Of a stretch of DNA of 64,000 nt, positions 1 through 12,912 are shown in pieces. Origin of the DNA: Torpedo marmorata (taxonomy: Eukaryota); assembly GCA_977017645.1 (NCBI GenBank), contig OZ360227.1, forward strand, positions 85,870,001-85,934,000, read 5' to 3'. Position 1 is the first letter of the stretch, and each line of letters begins with the position of its first letter. Below the pieces are notes generated by a model, which was not told the origin of the DNA, ran no database searches, and was given only the letters and a program-made list of their open reading frames with translations. The position numbers and the translations under genes are program-made.

Positions 1-2870
1 AAAGTCAATTGTAAAGGCTATGGTAAAGTTTGTCACCTTGGTAGGTTTGCCATGGGAAATTCAATCAGATCAGGGCAGTAATTTCATGTCAGGCGTTTTC
101 CAACAAGTGGTTGATGGACTGGGAGTTAAACAGATTGTATCCTCTGCGTACCATCCAGAAAGTCAAGGGGCCTTGGAGAGGTTCCATTCGACTTTGAAAA
201 ACATGATTAGAACCTATTGTTGTGAAAAGGAAAAGGATTGGGATGAGGGGGTTCATTTGTTGTTATTTGCAGCGAGGGAGTCTGTCCAAGAATCACTTGG
301 TTTTATTCCATTCGAGTTAGTTTTCGGACATGAGGTGAGAGGTCCTTTAAGATTATTAAAAGAACAGTGGATTAATCGTGATGTGCATTTAAATCTGTTG
401 GATTATGTTTCCAAATTTAAGGATCGATTGCATAGGGCTCGTGAGATGGCAAAGGAGAATTTAAAGGCCACTCAATAGAGAATGAAGGTTTGGTATGATC
501 GAAAGGCTAAGATGAGAACTTTTAAACCTGGTGAGAACGTATTAGTTCTGTTTCCCATCCATTCAAATCCTTTTTGGGCTAGATTTACAGGACCCTTAGA
601 GTTAAGTCAAAAATTAATGATGACACCTATGTCATAGAAACACCTTATCGCAGATGAGACACACAGGTCTGTCATGTGAATATGATTAAGCCATATTTTG
701 AGCAGGTGCAGCAAAAAGGGACTGAACATTTACCAGAGGTGCTGGTTATTGACAGGGGTAAGGAGGAGACAGGTAAAACCAGTTTCAGAGAGGGTCATGG
801 GACTGTTATTTCTCTGGCTTATGTTTAGAACAGGGGAAGTTGGCGACAGTGGAGGCAAAGGTTGTGACTATTTCCGAGTTCCCTGTTCCAACTGGTAAGA
901 AAACTCTGAGGAGGTTCTTGGGAATGATTGGCTACTACCGCAAGTTCTGTAAAAACTTTGCTGATCTTTCACTCCCTCTCACAAATTTGCTTAGAAAGAA
1001 AGAAAAATGTGTATGGTCGACAGGTTGTCAGGAAGCATTTGTCAAATTGAAAGCCATGTTATGCCACCAACCTGTGCTTAAGTCACCTAATTTAGAACAG
1101 CCGTTTTCTTTAGCCGTGGATGCCAGCGATGAAGCTGTGGGCGCGGTGCTGTTACAGAGGAAGAACGAAGAGGACATTGACCATCCTACTTCTCGAAGAA
1201 GTTCAATTATCATCAAAGGAATTATTCAACCATAGAAAAAGAGTTGTTGGCTCTTGTGTTGGCTCTACAACACTTTGATGTGTATATCTGTACAGCTCAA
1301 AAACCACTCATAGTGTATATTGACGATAATCCATTGGTTTTTCTTTGTAAAATGAAAAATAAGAATTGACGGTTGTTGAATTGGAGTCTAATTTTGCAAG
1401 AATATGATTTGGTAATAACACATATAAAAGGGAAAGATTCAAGATTCAATTTATTGTCACAGCAATAAGACAGTGTCATATACCACAAAATTTCTTTTTG
1501 CCTGCTGCAAGGCAGACAGATTCGCCATCGGCAGAAATTGCCTAAGCGCCTCTAACATTCCTTACAGTCAGAGAAAGAGAAGCAAAAGAGTCACCCCAGA
1601 GTCACCGAGTGTCCATAGATTCGCCTCCAGCGCTTCCACAGCCACACAGAGTCCAGTCCAAACGATCGGCATCCCGAGCTCCAGATCCGAACCTCCAACA
1701 CGGTCAGGTCGCCCTCGGCACCCCCTCGCATCCCGGTTCCGATACCTGGTACCCTCCAGCCAGTTCGAGCCAACCTCCAGCAGCCCGTCGTGAGTCCCCC
1801 GACAGCAGTCTCCAGCAGCCCACAGCCTCCGCGGGTTCCTCGCCTCAAGTCGCCAGCAGCCCGCCGCATTCACTGGTCCTTCAGCCTCAGAGCCCCTCAC
1901 CGGACCGCCGCTGTGCTCACCGTCCCGTGGGTCGTCTCCCCCGCTTCTCCTCAGACGGGGGTGATCTTCCCGTCCACTGGTGCCCTGCTGCAGTCCCCCG
2001 CTTCCCCGGAGTCTGCAGCCCCTCGTGGGTGCTGCCGATTAATAGGCGCTGCCATCTTGGGCGTAGACCCCGCGGTCGCGGGATCTCAAGTAAAACCACC
2101 GTCGGCTCTTTTAATGGGCCGTTCAAAGCCCGTGCGGAACCGATGGCAGTCGACTGGGCGTCTGGACCCCGCGGGTGCACTCTATCTCCGCTCCCCGCGG
2201 GTCTGCACCAGCGGCAGCGCTGCTGCTACAGCGGCTCTGGCAGTGCCGCCATCTTCATGTAATTGCTGATTGTCTTTCTAGATGTTAAACTTTATCAATG
2301 AAACTAGTTCATATTTTGTATTTGTGGATGAACATTGTAGATTTTGTTTATATTGTGACACCTCAATTAATTTCCAAAATTTTGTTCTTGCCGACCAAAA
2401 TTTTCTTTGTGGGTGGGAGGTGTTATGGACCATGACTGACCATTTGGACTGCGGACGGTCAGCAGGAAGGATGAAGTCTTTTGGAGTATACACTGGGACC
2501 AGGTACTGAAAGAGTTAACTTGCCCAGGACTTGGTGTACCCAGAGAGAGAGAGAGAGAGAGAGCAGAGAAAGACAGGCTGTGGAAAAGATACTTTGTCGC
2601 ACTTTTGCAAAAGCAGGTGCAGACCTCTGGGGGGAAAAAAAGCAGGCAGTTTGGAGTTGCAAAGGCTGGAGGACACAGCAAAATCCAGGCTTGTGCATCC
2701 CAGAGGAAAAGGCTGGAAGAATAGCACATGGCCTCCTGTCTCAGAGAAATCCTGAGTTAAAGCAACTTTTGTGGAGAACAGGCGTGAGATCAGCGAGCCC
2801 AGCTGTGAGATCCAAGCACACGCCTCAATCAGTGGTATACTGATTTGGAGTCGCAATCCTGGTGAATCTC
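1..2870 (+). mobile_element. Degenerate Ty3/gypsy LTR retrotransposon, Gmr1-like domain order (integrase, then RT C-terminus/RNase H), with PPT and partial 3' LTR
   Basis: Integrase core (SDQGSNF, SAYHPESQGALER) at 20-478. RT thumb/RNase H (FLGMIGYYRKF, VDASDEAVGAVL) at 840-1435, resuming as NVIADCLSRC* at ~2257-2288. Purine-rich GGGTGGGAGG immediately before LTR start TGTTATGGACC at 2421. Confidence 0.85.
1436..2256 (-). mobile_element. ~820-bp non-coding GC-rich retroposon with AATAAA-(TTGAATC)n tail, inserted in the gypsy RNase H
   Basis: Splits HIKGKD|NVIADCLSR. Closely similar copy in the opposite orientation at 4638-5444. Confidence 0.8.
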
Positions 2871-2880
2871 TACCAAAAGC

Positions 2881-3000
2881 GTCCTCTCCCTGGCCATCTG
2901 CGCATCTGAGCTCCTGACCGCGGGTCCTCTCCCTGGCCGCCCGCGCATCCGAGCTCCCGACGCCCAGGCCGCCCGTGCATCCGAGCTCCCGACGCCCAGG
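2881..3000. repeat. Short degenerate GC-rich tandem repeat (GCATCCGAGCTCCCGAC core) at the break of the LTR
   Basis: Three related units directly visible. Confidence 0.6.
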
Positions 3001-4637
3001 AATGCATGATAAGGCTGTCACAGTATATTTATTTTTGATCTGTACTCTGACAATGAATCTGAACTATGATGCTTGCCCAGAAATAAAAAATCCATGGATG
3101 CCCAACAATATTCTTGCTCTGGTATTTAAAACTTGTGCTCCAGAGCCAGTCACGTTTGTTAAATTATTTTAATGCAGGAATTGCGCGAACAATTGCTTGG
3201 CAAAGTATAAAATTGGTCAGCTTCGTCCTTTCCAGAAACAAAAGTAGATAAAGTAATCCTGCCAATTGCTGTTCCATTAATGTACTCTCCATTAACAGCA
3301 AAATAATGGAACGTATTGTTGACAATTGGTACAGGCTGGTAACCTTGCCAGTGCCCAGTTTTGGGACAACCAGGGTAACTCTGCTCCAGATTGCATTGCA
3401 GCCTCAATCCAAGTGTGCAATAAAGAACTGTATTTCATTGTTGAAGTCACCAAGGGTGGTTTCAAGGAGTCCCAACAAAACTGAATTGGCAGCATTCTCG
3501 ACTCAAAGATTGTGATTGGCCATTTTTCTCATCCCTGTTGGCTTTCTTTGGTTCAGTGTCCTGAGTTGCAACTTCCTTGAACTTCCATTCATTATAAGCA
3601 TGTAAATGGGATTTATTTTTGCAATGTTTGAAGGTATACCCACATTCTACTTGGGTAGAGTGGAAGGATTTAAACCCCAGTGTTGAAAAGAATGAATGTA
3701 TTTGCAAGTCAGGGTACTGTGCTTCTGGGGGATTCTGCTTTTGGTGGTGCTGTTCCCATGTCACTGGTTTCAGTCCTTCATGATGAATTCTTTTGGGGGA
3801 GGCTGGTCAAGGATCTTTGACGAGTTGGTGCAAACTACTTTGCAGATGGTATGTTGTGGAGGAAATGAATGTTAAATTGATACATTGGGTCCCAGTCAAG
3901 TGGACTGCTTAGTAAATGTCAATTCTTTTGGATATTGTTGGAGCTGCATCCAGGCAGGTTCCCATCATATTGGGAATTTGAGAGTATGCCAGCATTTTGC
4001 TAATTTGTGCCTTCTGGATAGTTACGAGTTAAGTAACTTTGAGTTGAGAGATCCTATCCTTAAACTCTGTATAGGAGAGCGTGTTAATTTGGCTAGATCA
4101 GTTGAGTTTTTGGTCAGTAATGCTCTACTTTTGCCCACAGGTTATTTGGTAAAGTGAATGCAATGAAGCACCAAAGTTGGCAATATAGTTGATGCAGAGA
4201 AAGAAAGCTATATGCTGTGAAAGGATATTACTGAAGAAAAAGGAAGTGATAAATGGAATTAAACCAAGAATTAAACCAAGAGAAGTGTTGAGTAATACAG
4301 TTCAGGAGGGCAAGTGAAGGCGAATGAGAACTTTGCCTTTATTTGCCAGAGCAGATACAACAGTAAGGAAGCCACACTGATGTTTTTAAGAATACATTTT
4401 GGGTCACATCTGGATGCATGTGATATCAACAGAAGAGGTTCAGAATATTTAGAACATAGAACATTTCTGCACAGTACAGGCCCTTCAACCTTTGATATAT
4501 TGCCGACCTATATATTCCTACCAAAAAATACTAAATCCTTCCTACCTTATAACCTCTATTTTAAGTGATTGATGGTTGACACAGATTTGGGTTGAAGGGC
4601 CTGTTTCTGTGCTATATCTCTGACTATGCAGAGTATA

Positions 4638-5444
4638 GCTGGTGCGGACCCCCGGGGAGCGAGGGAGCAGAGATGCAGCGCTCCTGCGGGGTCCAGCCGC
4701 CCAGTCGACTGCCGTCGGTTCCGCAAGGGCTTTGAACGGCCCGTTGAGGGAGCCGACGGTGGTTTTATTTGAGATCCCACGACCCCAGGGTCTGCGCCCA
4801 AGATGGCAGCGCCTTTTAACCGGAAGCAGCCACGAGGGGCTGCAGATTCCGGGGAAGCGGAGGACTGGAGCAGGGCACCAGAGGACGGGAAGATCACCCC
4901 CGTCTGAGAAGGAGAAGCGGAGGAGACGACCCACGGGACGGTGACACGGCGGCGGACCGGTGAGGGGCTCTGAGGCTGAAGGACCAGTGCATGCGGCGGG
5001 CTGCTGGCGACTCGAGGCGAGGACCCTGCGGAGGCTGTGGGCTGCTGGAGACTGCTGTCGGGGGACTCACGCTGGGCTGCGGACTGCTGGAGGCTGGCTC
5101 GAACTGACTGGAGGAGTACCAGGTATCGGAACCGGGATGTGAGGGGGTGCCGAGGGCGACCTGACCGTGTTGGAGGTTCGGATCTGGAGCTCGGGTTGCC
5201 GATGGTTTGGACTGGACTCTGTGTGGCTGCGGAGGCTGCGGAAGCGCTGGAGGCGAATCTATGGACACTTGGTGACTCTGGGGGGGACTCTCTTTTGCTT
5301 CTCTTTCTCTGACTGTAAGGAATGTTAGAGGCGCTTAGGCAATTTCTGCCGGTGGCGAATCTGTCTGCCTTGCAGCAGGCAAAAAGAAATTTCATGGAAT
5401 ATGACACTGTCTTATTACTATAACAATAAATTGAATCTTGAATC
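4638..5444 (+). mobile_element. Second copy of the ~820-bp non-coding retroposon
   Basis: Reverse-complement similarity to 1436-2256. Ends AATAAATTGAATCTTGAATC. Confidence 0.8.
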
Positions 5445-6474
5445 AATTACTTTTAAATGTATGTTCCGTGATTTTTGACTGCTGGTTCTGATCTATTGCA
5501 ATATTATACACCTCAGTCAAGTTTCCCCACAGACTCCTTTGTTCTTTACAAAACAGCATGAGTTTATCCAATCTATTGGCAACAGGTCTTCTTAAATCCC
5601 CGTTAGCCAGTCTGCATCCTTTACAGGGCAATTGTATCTTTTCTGTCATGCGGTGACCAGAGCCGTGCACTTTACTCGGATTGTCTAATTAGCACAACTT
5701 GTGCGGTTCTATTCCTTACCATGGGTAATTTAAAATAAAATATCCAGGATCCACACAACCCAGGACATGCTCTGTTGTCGCTGCTGCCATCAGGAAAAAA
5801 GGTATAGGTGCTGGGGAATTATGTGGAAGATCAAGTGTAAATGATTTACAGCCTTAAACTACCTGTTAACGGCCTAACGAACCTTACTATGTGCACAGTG
5901 GTTGCAGAGGAACTGATGGCACTGTGCTGATTACTATCTGCTGAGCTGATCAATGCTGAGGTGCTCAAGACCAATATAAGAAAATGCCTGCAGCATGAGG
6001 TAGCTGTGAACCCCAAATCAAGGGTAAAAACACAAAATGCTGGAGAAACTCAGCTGGTCAAACAGTGTCCTTTATGTAACAAAGGTAAAAATACATAACC
6101 GACGTTTCGGGCTTGAGCCCTTCATGTATGAGAGAATGTCGGCAGGCATCCGAACAAAAAGATGGGGGGGTGGGGGGGTGGCAAAGGCAGGAGATGATAG
6201 GTGGAGAAGGGAGGGAGAGGACAGCAGCGATCAGGGGGTGGAGGGATGGCTAGGTGAAGGGAGAGGGAGGGAGAACTGGGAAGGGAAAGAAAAGGCAAGC
6301 AAGTTAGCAGGAAGCAGAGAAGTCGATGTTAATGCCATCTAGCTGGAGAGTGCCCAGACGGAAAATAAGGTGTTCCTCCAATCTGCGGATGGTCAGGGTG
6401 GGATAGTACATAAGGCCATTGTCAGACATGTGAGTGCGACTCAGAATTGAAATGGTTGGCTACTGGGAGGTCTG

Positions 6475-7390
6475 TTTTAAAAAAAAAAATATTTTATTTA
6501 AAATTTTTAAATCACACAATACACTGTATAAAATGCAAAATTATCAAAATACATGTGATACATTTTCACCCTCCCTCCCACCCCTACTAATCTACTAAAA
6601 TAGAAAAAGAAAGAAAAAGATAAAATAAGGAGAATGTCAATCTAAAAAAAGAACATCTATAAACTACTGTAATTTTATTGTGGAGGATAGGTTCACCAGT
6701 CAGATCTGATATCCAGAGATCTTCAAATCCTTAAACCAACAGTTTTTATATATGGGCTCCATATTTTCAAAAATAAATGATATTTATTACGTAAATTATA
6801 AGTAATTTTTTCAAGTGGTATAGCTGAACGAAGTTCTTCATGCCATCTATCTAACCCTAAATCCACATCAGATTTCCATGTAATAGCAATACATTTCTTA
6901 GAAACAGCTAAAGCAATTCGCAAAAATTCTATTTGATACATATTTAATTTCATTTTAATACTAATTCTTTTAATATCTCCAAACAAAAATATCATAGGGT
7001 CCATTGGGAGTGTAATTCTTAATACTTTGTCCAAAAACTTTTTAACTTTCAACCAAAAATCATATATCTTTGGACACAGCCAAGTAGAATGTACAAAAGA
7101 ACCTTCCTCTCTATTACATCTAAAACATAAACCAGATAATGTCGGATTAAATTTCTTTAAATTTTTAGGTGTTTAATATAATTGATGAAAAAAATTATAT
7201 TGCACTAGTCTATATCTAACGTTAATAATCTTTGTCATACTTAGTTTACATAATTCTTTCCAATGTTCTTCATCTATTGTTACATTCAGATCTGATTCCC
7301 ATTTTAATCTTGATTTGTGAATTCTTACTTTAGGCATTTTTCTCTGTAACAATCTATACATTTGAGAAATAAATTTAGTTACACCTCCAT
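6475..7390 (-). mobile_element. 5'-truncated L1-clade LINE (ORF2 C-terminus + 3'UTR)
   Basis: ORFs 7173-7469 and 6723-7052 match the C-terminus of ORF 15170-16471. A-rich tail. Confidence 0.9.
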
Positions 7391-8106
7391 TGTTGTGGCG
7401 GACGGAGTAGAGGTGCTCAGCAAAGCGGTCTCCCAATCTGCGACTGGTCTCCGATGTAGAGAAGGCCACAAAGGGAGCACCGGATGCAGTAAATCAGTCC
7501 TGTGGATATACGAGTGAAGTGTTGCTTCACTTGAAAGGCCTGTTTGGGGCCCCGGACTGTGATGAGGAGGAGGTGTGGGCGCAAGTGTTGCACCTCCTGC
7601 GGCCACGGGAAGGTGCCGGGGGGGGGGGGGGGGGATAGGTGGGGAGGGATGAGTGCACGAGTGAATCACGGAGGGAGCGGTCCCTACGGAAGACCGAGAG
7701 GGGAGGATAAGGAAAAATGTGTCTGGTGGTGGGATCCTACAGTAAGTGCCGGAAATTCCGGTGGATAATGTGTTAGATGTGGAGGCTGGTGGGGTGGTAG
7801 GTGAGGATGAGGGGGATTCTATGTTTGTTGCGCCTGGGGGCAGAGGGGGCCAGGGCAGATGAGTGGGAAATGGAGGAGATGCGGGTGAGGGCTGAGACTA
7901 CAGTGGTGGAGGGGAAGCCACGTTTGTGGAAGAAGGCAGACATTTCGGAAGATCTGGACTGGAAGACCTCATCTTGGGACAGATGCGACGGAGAAATTGA
8001 GAGAAGGGGATGGAATCCTTGCAGAGGACAGGGTGTGAGGAAGTGCAGTCAAGGGAGTTGTGGGAGTTAGAGGGTTTGTAATATATGTCGGTGGAAAGCT
8101 TGTCTC

Positions 8107-8643
8107 CCTTTTTATGCTTAAACACCGCAATAAAAAAAGTAAAATCAAGTTTAAAAAAAATAAAAAATAAAAAAAAATGCTGAGCTGCGTCGGGAGCCGG
8201 CGGGGCGAGTGATGCAGTAGCGCCGCCTGCCACTGTGACATCAAACATACGCGCCAAGAATGGAAAGTGGCCTATACCCGAAAATGGCGACCAAAGAGCG
8301 CTGGTGGAGATCTGTGCAGGCAGTCTTAGGACTCGGGCAGATCTCCTGTGCAGCGTAATATCCTCTATTAATCATATGGGTTTTTTAAAAATTCGCGCTC
8401 CTGGGTTGCAGGCTGACGGCGTCATCGCGACATCATCAGCCCTCCCCTTTGCAGCCGCTATCAGCGGCATTTGTTTTATGGAGGAGGTGGAGCGATTCAC
8501 TCCTCCTCTGTGTGTACCCCCTGAGGCGGATCGGAGTTCGACTAGCCAATCCGCTATCGGACCTTTTATGGAGGTAAGTGAAGCGACTTAAAGACAGAAA
8601 TGTTCTGTCTTCACAATTGCTTTTTTTGCACTATAAAAGGGCT
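8107..8643. mobile_element. Unclassified insertion within the Penelope element, possibly a MITE
   Basis: Interrupts Penelope RT. Weak terminal inverted similarity (CCCTTTTTAT ... ATAAAAGGG). Confidence 0.35.
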
Positions 8644-11338
8644 GAGAGAGATCCAGGAAGGGAGGAGTGTTGTCGGAGATGGACCAGGTGAGTTTGAGAT
8701 TGGGGTGGAAGTTGGCCGCGAAATGGATGAAGTTGACAAGCTCAAACTTCATCCATTTTGCGGCCAACTTCCACCCCGATCTCAAACTCACCTGGTCCAT
8801 CTCCGACAACACTCTCCCCTTCCTGGATCTCTGTACTCCACCGACAGATTTTCATGATTTACCCCTAATCAGGGTTTCTGGCAGAGATATGCAGGTGTGC
8901 CTCAAAACAAATGTACAAACAGCAGCAGCCTCGGTCCTTATTCAGGGCTCACATGGTTATGAATATCGAAGCTTCATGAGCAAGACTCTGAATCAATTGA
9001 GTGACGCAAGCTTGCGAATAAAGGCTGCATGGTTTGAAGTACATTGGGTCTGAAGTTATTCCCTTTGTCTGAACTGAGAAAAAAAACTGAGTTCCACAGT
9101 GCCACAAGACTCATACCACCAGGGACAGTTGTTACCCCTCCACCATCAGACTCCAAAACAGACTCAATCAGACCCGTTTAAGGACTCTTGTACCTTGCAC
9201 ATTATTTATTACTAAAAAATTTTTTTATTTATTGCACAGTTTGCGTGCGTTTTTTGCGCTCTTTGCATTCCTGCCTCTTTTTTTCTTGAGTACAGTTTAC
9301 AGTTACTGATAAGTGGTAATTCTGCCTAGTCTGCAGGAAAAATAATATCCAGGTTATATGTGATGACAGTAAACTTTAAACTTGAACATCCTGTGGGCCT
9401 TTATAATCACCTTATTCAAGGCTTACACTCTTTAAGGGTCAGTGGACATACAGAGGCCTATCTGTTCCTCCATGCCACACAATTTCCTCTTTGCTTTATT
9501 TTTCCCCCCAAATGTATTTTCCCAGATGTCTCTGGTTTAAATTTCATTTAACATTTTCTTGAACCAGGCCATTTTAATTTACCTGGTCAAAAGTATTTTC
9601 CCTGCCAGCCACACAGCTGTGTTTTGCGTCACCTTCAAGTTTTATTGTGTCTGTTACAAATAGTTGTAAATTAATAAAATCCATTCAGAAAAATTGAAGG
9701 GTTCTAATACTGAGACCTCAAGAACCCTATAGGAAACACTCTTCCTGTGACAAAAATCATCTGTCAACAATTACTCTTTGCTTTGTGCTACTTTGCCAAT
9801 TTTGGGTCTAATTTTGCCTTCTGCCTTCTCCCATGCATTTTGTGGGCTTTTAAATCTGGAGATGTTTTTTAATTTTATTTATTGATTTTTAAAACATAAG
9901 GTCAAACAATATAGAGGCAGTCAGTGCAAGAGTATACAATAACTACAGTACAAGGATAATAAAGAAAATTATAATTACAAATGTCATTAAGTCCTCTCTC
10001 AGAAGTAATAATACAAGGAAAGAGCAATCAAGGAATGGCCACATAAAACTGACATACCCCCAAAACATAAAAGCAAGGAAAAAAGAAAGGAAAAGAAAAA
10101 AAGGAATCTAAACTACAACTAACTAACAGAAAAGGGAGAAAATCTAAACCCTAATCCATGCGTGTCTGAAACTGGCGAAGATAAAGAAAAAAGAAAGAGA
10201 GAATGTTATAAAGCCTGTATTACAATGTCAGAAAGAGGCTCATGAACGAACCCCATATCCTCTGAAAATTGAGATTCTTATCAAGATTAGAACAACAAAT
10301 TTTTTCCAACGTCAGGCATGACATCACACAGTTGAGCCAGTGGCGATGTGAAGGGGGATCAACGTCTTTCCAGTGTAAAAGAATATTTTTCCTAGCAATG
10401 AGTGACATAAATGCTATCACATGCAATTGCGACTTCGTAAGTTTAGAGTCATTCACTTTATGAATCCAGAATAAACCCATAAATGGGTTAGGAGTTAAAT
10501 TTACATCAAGAACACTGGACCACGTCTGAAAAATACTAGACCAGTAATTATATAACGAAGGACATGTCCAAAACATATGGTATAAGGTACCTTCCTCGAT
10601 TTTACATCTATCACAAAGGGGGGAAAGATTTGGGTAAAACTTAGCTAATCGAGACTTGGAATAATGAGCTCGATGAACAACTTTAAGATGGATAAATGAA
10701 TGGTGAGCACATAAAGAAGAAGAATTAATAGCTTGGAGCACCCGTTCCCATACAGGAACAGAAATCTCCTCTTGAAAATCTAGTTCCCACTGCTATTTAA
10801 CCTTTATTAATATATCTTCCCTATAACTGGAATGAGTCAATAACAAATAAAAAAGAGATAGGGGTTTCTTAGTATCTGACTTGACCTCGTAAATCTCTTG
10901 GATAATTTCCAAATTTAATGCTTGAGGGAGGCACAATTTAAGCGAAATTAAGAAGTTCCTGACTTGAAGATATCGGAATAAATGTTGAGCAGGTAAGTTA
11001 AATTTAGTGACTACCGTAATTGTTAAAATATTGCAAGATTACCATCCACATATAAATCCAGGAAAGTCCTAATCCCAAATGTTGACCAGCTGCGGAAACC
11101 GCTATCCATTGTTGATGGGAGAAAAAAAGAATTATACAAAATGGGACTATTCAATAGAAAACCATGCGCACCTACAGACTTCCTAAATTGAAACAAATTC
11201 GTAAAGTACCGTATATTTCGGCGTATAAGTCGACCCTTGAAACCCTCAAAAATGTCTCAAAAAACGGGGGTCGACTTATACGCCGGATATACTTTTGAGA
11301 CCTTAAATTCAGCTCAAAATCGAGTTCACGCCGATCCG

Positions 11339-11486
11339 GCGTATAAGTCGACCCCTGAAAACACGATTCCGCGTATAAGTCGACCCCTGAAAACACGATT
11401 CCGCGTATAAGTCGACCCCTGAAAACACGATTCCGCGTATAAGTCGACCCCTGAAAACACGATTCCGCGTATAAGTCGACCCCTGC
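11339..11486. repeat. Subterminal tandem array, 32-bp unit x ~4.6
   Basis: GCGTATAAGTCGACCCCTGAAAACACGATTCC repeated perfectly. Contains the inner TIR motif. Confidence 0.95.
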
Positions 11487-11552
11487 AAAACCAAAAAAAA
11501 ACCCGACTGCAACAAATTTTCATTGACATTTTAATTGAAAACAACAAGACAT

Positions 11553-12890
11553 TTAGAACCCTTCAAAATCACTTTCGCTATCATCGTCTGAGGCAAAGAT
11601 CTCGGCAAGCACATCCGGGGTCTCACTGTTTAAACAGTCATCGTACGGGTCCCAGTCTGTATCTGATGAGGCGTCTTCAGCTTCGTCGTCAGTGTCCCAC
11701 AATAAATCATCTTCCGTACCATCAATTGCACAAGAGATACCGCACTTTTTAAACGATTTTATTATAGTCTCTACTTTCACTTTGTCCCATGCCTTGAGCA
11801 CGAAGTCACACAGCACATCAAGCGATGCAGCACGCATTGCCCCGCCTTTTGTAAATGATTTTTCTGCACTCGACATCCATGTATTCCACTCTTCACGCAC
11901 GTGGTCTTTGAATGGCTTGTTCAAGCAGACATCGAGAGGTTGCAATATAGACGTCAAACCACCCGGGATAACCGCCATGTGAGTATTATGTTGTGCTAAT
12001 GTACTTTTAGTCTTCTCAGTTAAGTGGCTACGAAACATATCCCAGACCAGCAAACTCCGTTCCTTGCGTAAACCGCCTGGCCGCCTGTTCCACACATTGT
12101 CTATCCATAGTTTTACACCATTTTCATCCATCCATCCTTTTTCATGAAAATGTACAAAAATACCTGCAGGGAATTTTATTTTAGGTTTAAATTTGCGTTT
12201 GAAGATTACCATGGGTCTTAACTTTGTCCCGTCGGCCATGCACGATAACACCACGGTAAACCTGGTCCTTTCATGTCCTGTACTCCTCATTTGCACAGTT
12301 TTCACACCTTTCCATTCCACTGTTCTATTGCCTATCATGTCAAAATTCATGGGGGTTTCGTCCATGTTTCCAATATTTGCCAATGCAAACTTGTGTTTCT
12401 TCCGGTTACGTAAAATAAACTGGTGAAAACTTACAACTTTATGATCAAGATCTTTTGGTAGTTTCTGAGCAATTTTAGTTTTTTGTCGTAATACCAGATT
12501 TTTCCTGTTCATAAAACGGTTGCACCAGCCTACTGAAGCTTCAAAATCATTACTGAGTTCTGGGTGCGACTTTGCCCAGTTCAGTGCAAATGTCCTTATT
12601 TTATTTCGGGTGACTATGTAGCAATCTTGCCTCTGTTCACGTACCCATGCTGCTACATGATTTTCCAACTCTGGCCAACGAGTGATTCCTCTTCCCATGG
12701 AACATTGCCTTTTTGGTATTTTTCTTAAAGTCTCTTCTTTCTTCCTCCAATCTCTTACCAACTTCTCATATATACCAAATTTTCTTGCAGCAGCACAGTT
12801 GTTGGTTTTCTTTGCCATTTCTACTACTTTCAATTTAAAACTCGCCTCATACTTTCGTCGTTTCAATTGAGCCTTCAATGGAGCCTCCAT
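11553..12890 (-). CDS. Intact pogo/Passer transposase, 445 aa from the first ATG (Brinker-like HTH, CENP-B HTH, DDE_1)
   Basis: RRKYEASFKLKVVE; FEASVGWCNRFMNR; catalytic NMDETP, VWDMFRSH, QPLDV with 35 residues between D2 and D3; acidic tail. Confidence 0.92.
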   Translation of the reverse strand: MEAPLKAQLKRRKYEASFKLKVVEMAKKTNNCAAARKFGIYEKLVRDWRKKEETLRKIPKRQCSMGRGITRWPELENHVAAWVREQRQDCYIVTRNKIRTFALNWAKSHPELSNDFEASVGWCNRFMNRKNLVLRQKTKIAQKLPKDLDHKVVSFHQFILRNRKKHKFALANIGNMDETPMNFDMIGNRTVEWKGVKTVQMRSTGHERTRFTVVLSCMADGTKLRPMVIFKRKFKPKIKFPAGIFVHFHEKGWMDENGVKLWIDNVWNRRPGGLRKERSLLVWDMFRSHLTEKTKSTLAQHNTHMAVIPGGLTSILQPLDVCLNKPFKDHVREEWNTWMSSAEKSFTKGGAMRAASLDVLCDFVLKAWDKVKVETIIKSFKKCGISCAIDGTEDDLLWDTDDEAEDASSDTDWDPYDDCLNSETPDVLAEIFASDDDSESDFEGF

Positions 12891-12912
12891 GATAACAATC
12901 ACCTCCAGCCAA

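Larger units (their letters stand above)
6022..8832 (-). mobile_element. Penelope-like element (RT C-terminus + GIY-YIG endonuclease, degenerate), interrupted by an L1 and a second insertion
   Basis: Peptides FIHFAANFHPNLKLTWSISDN..FLDL, YYKPSNSH..SSHP..CKDSIPFSQFLR and ETSRRLGDRFAEHL. Typical terminus with GGGCTCAAGCCCGAAACGTC. Confidence 0.8.

Noticed and set aside
1473-5446. Many overlapping ORFs at 1473-2269 and 4542-5446
   Set aside because: GC-rich repeat with few stops. Frames are not preserved between the two copies and no domains are recognisable.
8180-8590. CpG-rich segment with AAAATGGCG and AGGTAAGT as COQ10B promoter/exon 1
   Set aside because: It sits inside an insertion splitting a Penelope element, and the ATG frame stops after 24 codons.
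11339-11486. 32-bp repeats resembling a CRISPR array
   Set aside because: No unique spacers, no cas genes, vertebrate context. It is a transposon subterminal array.
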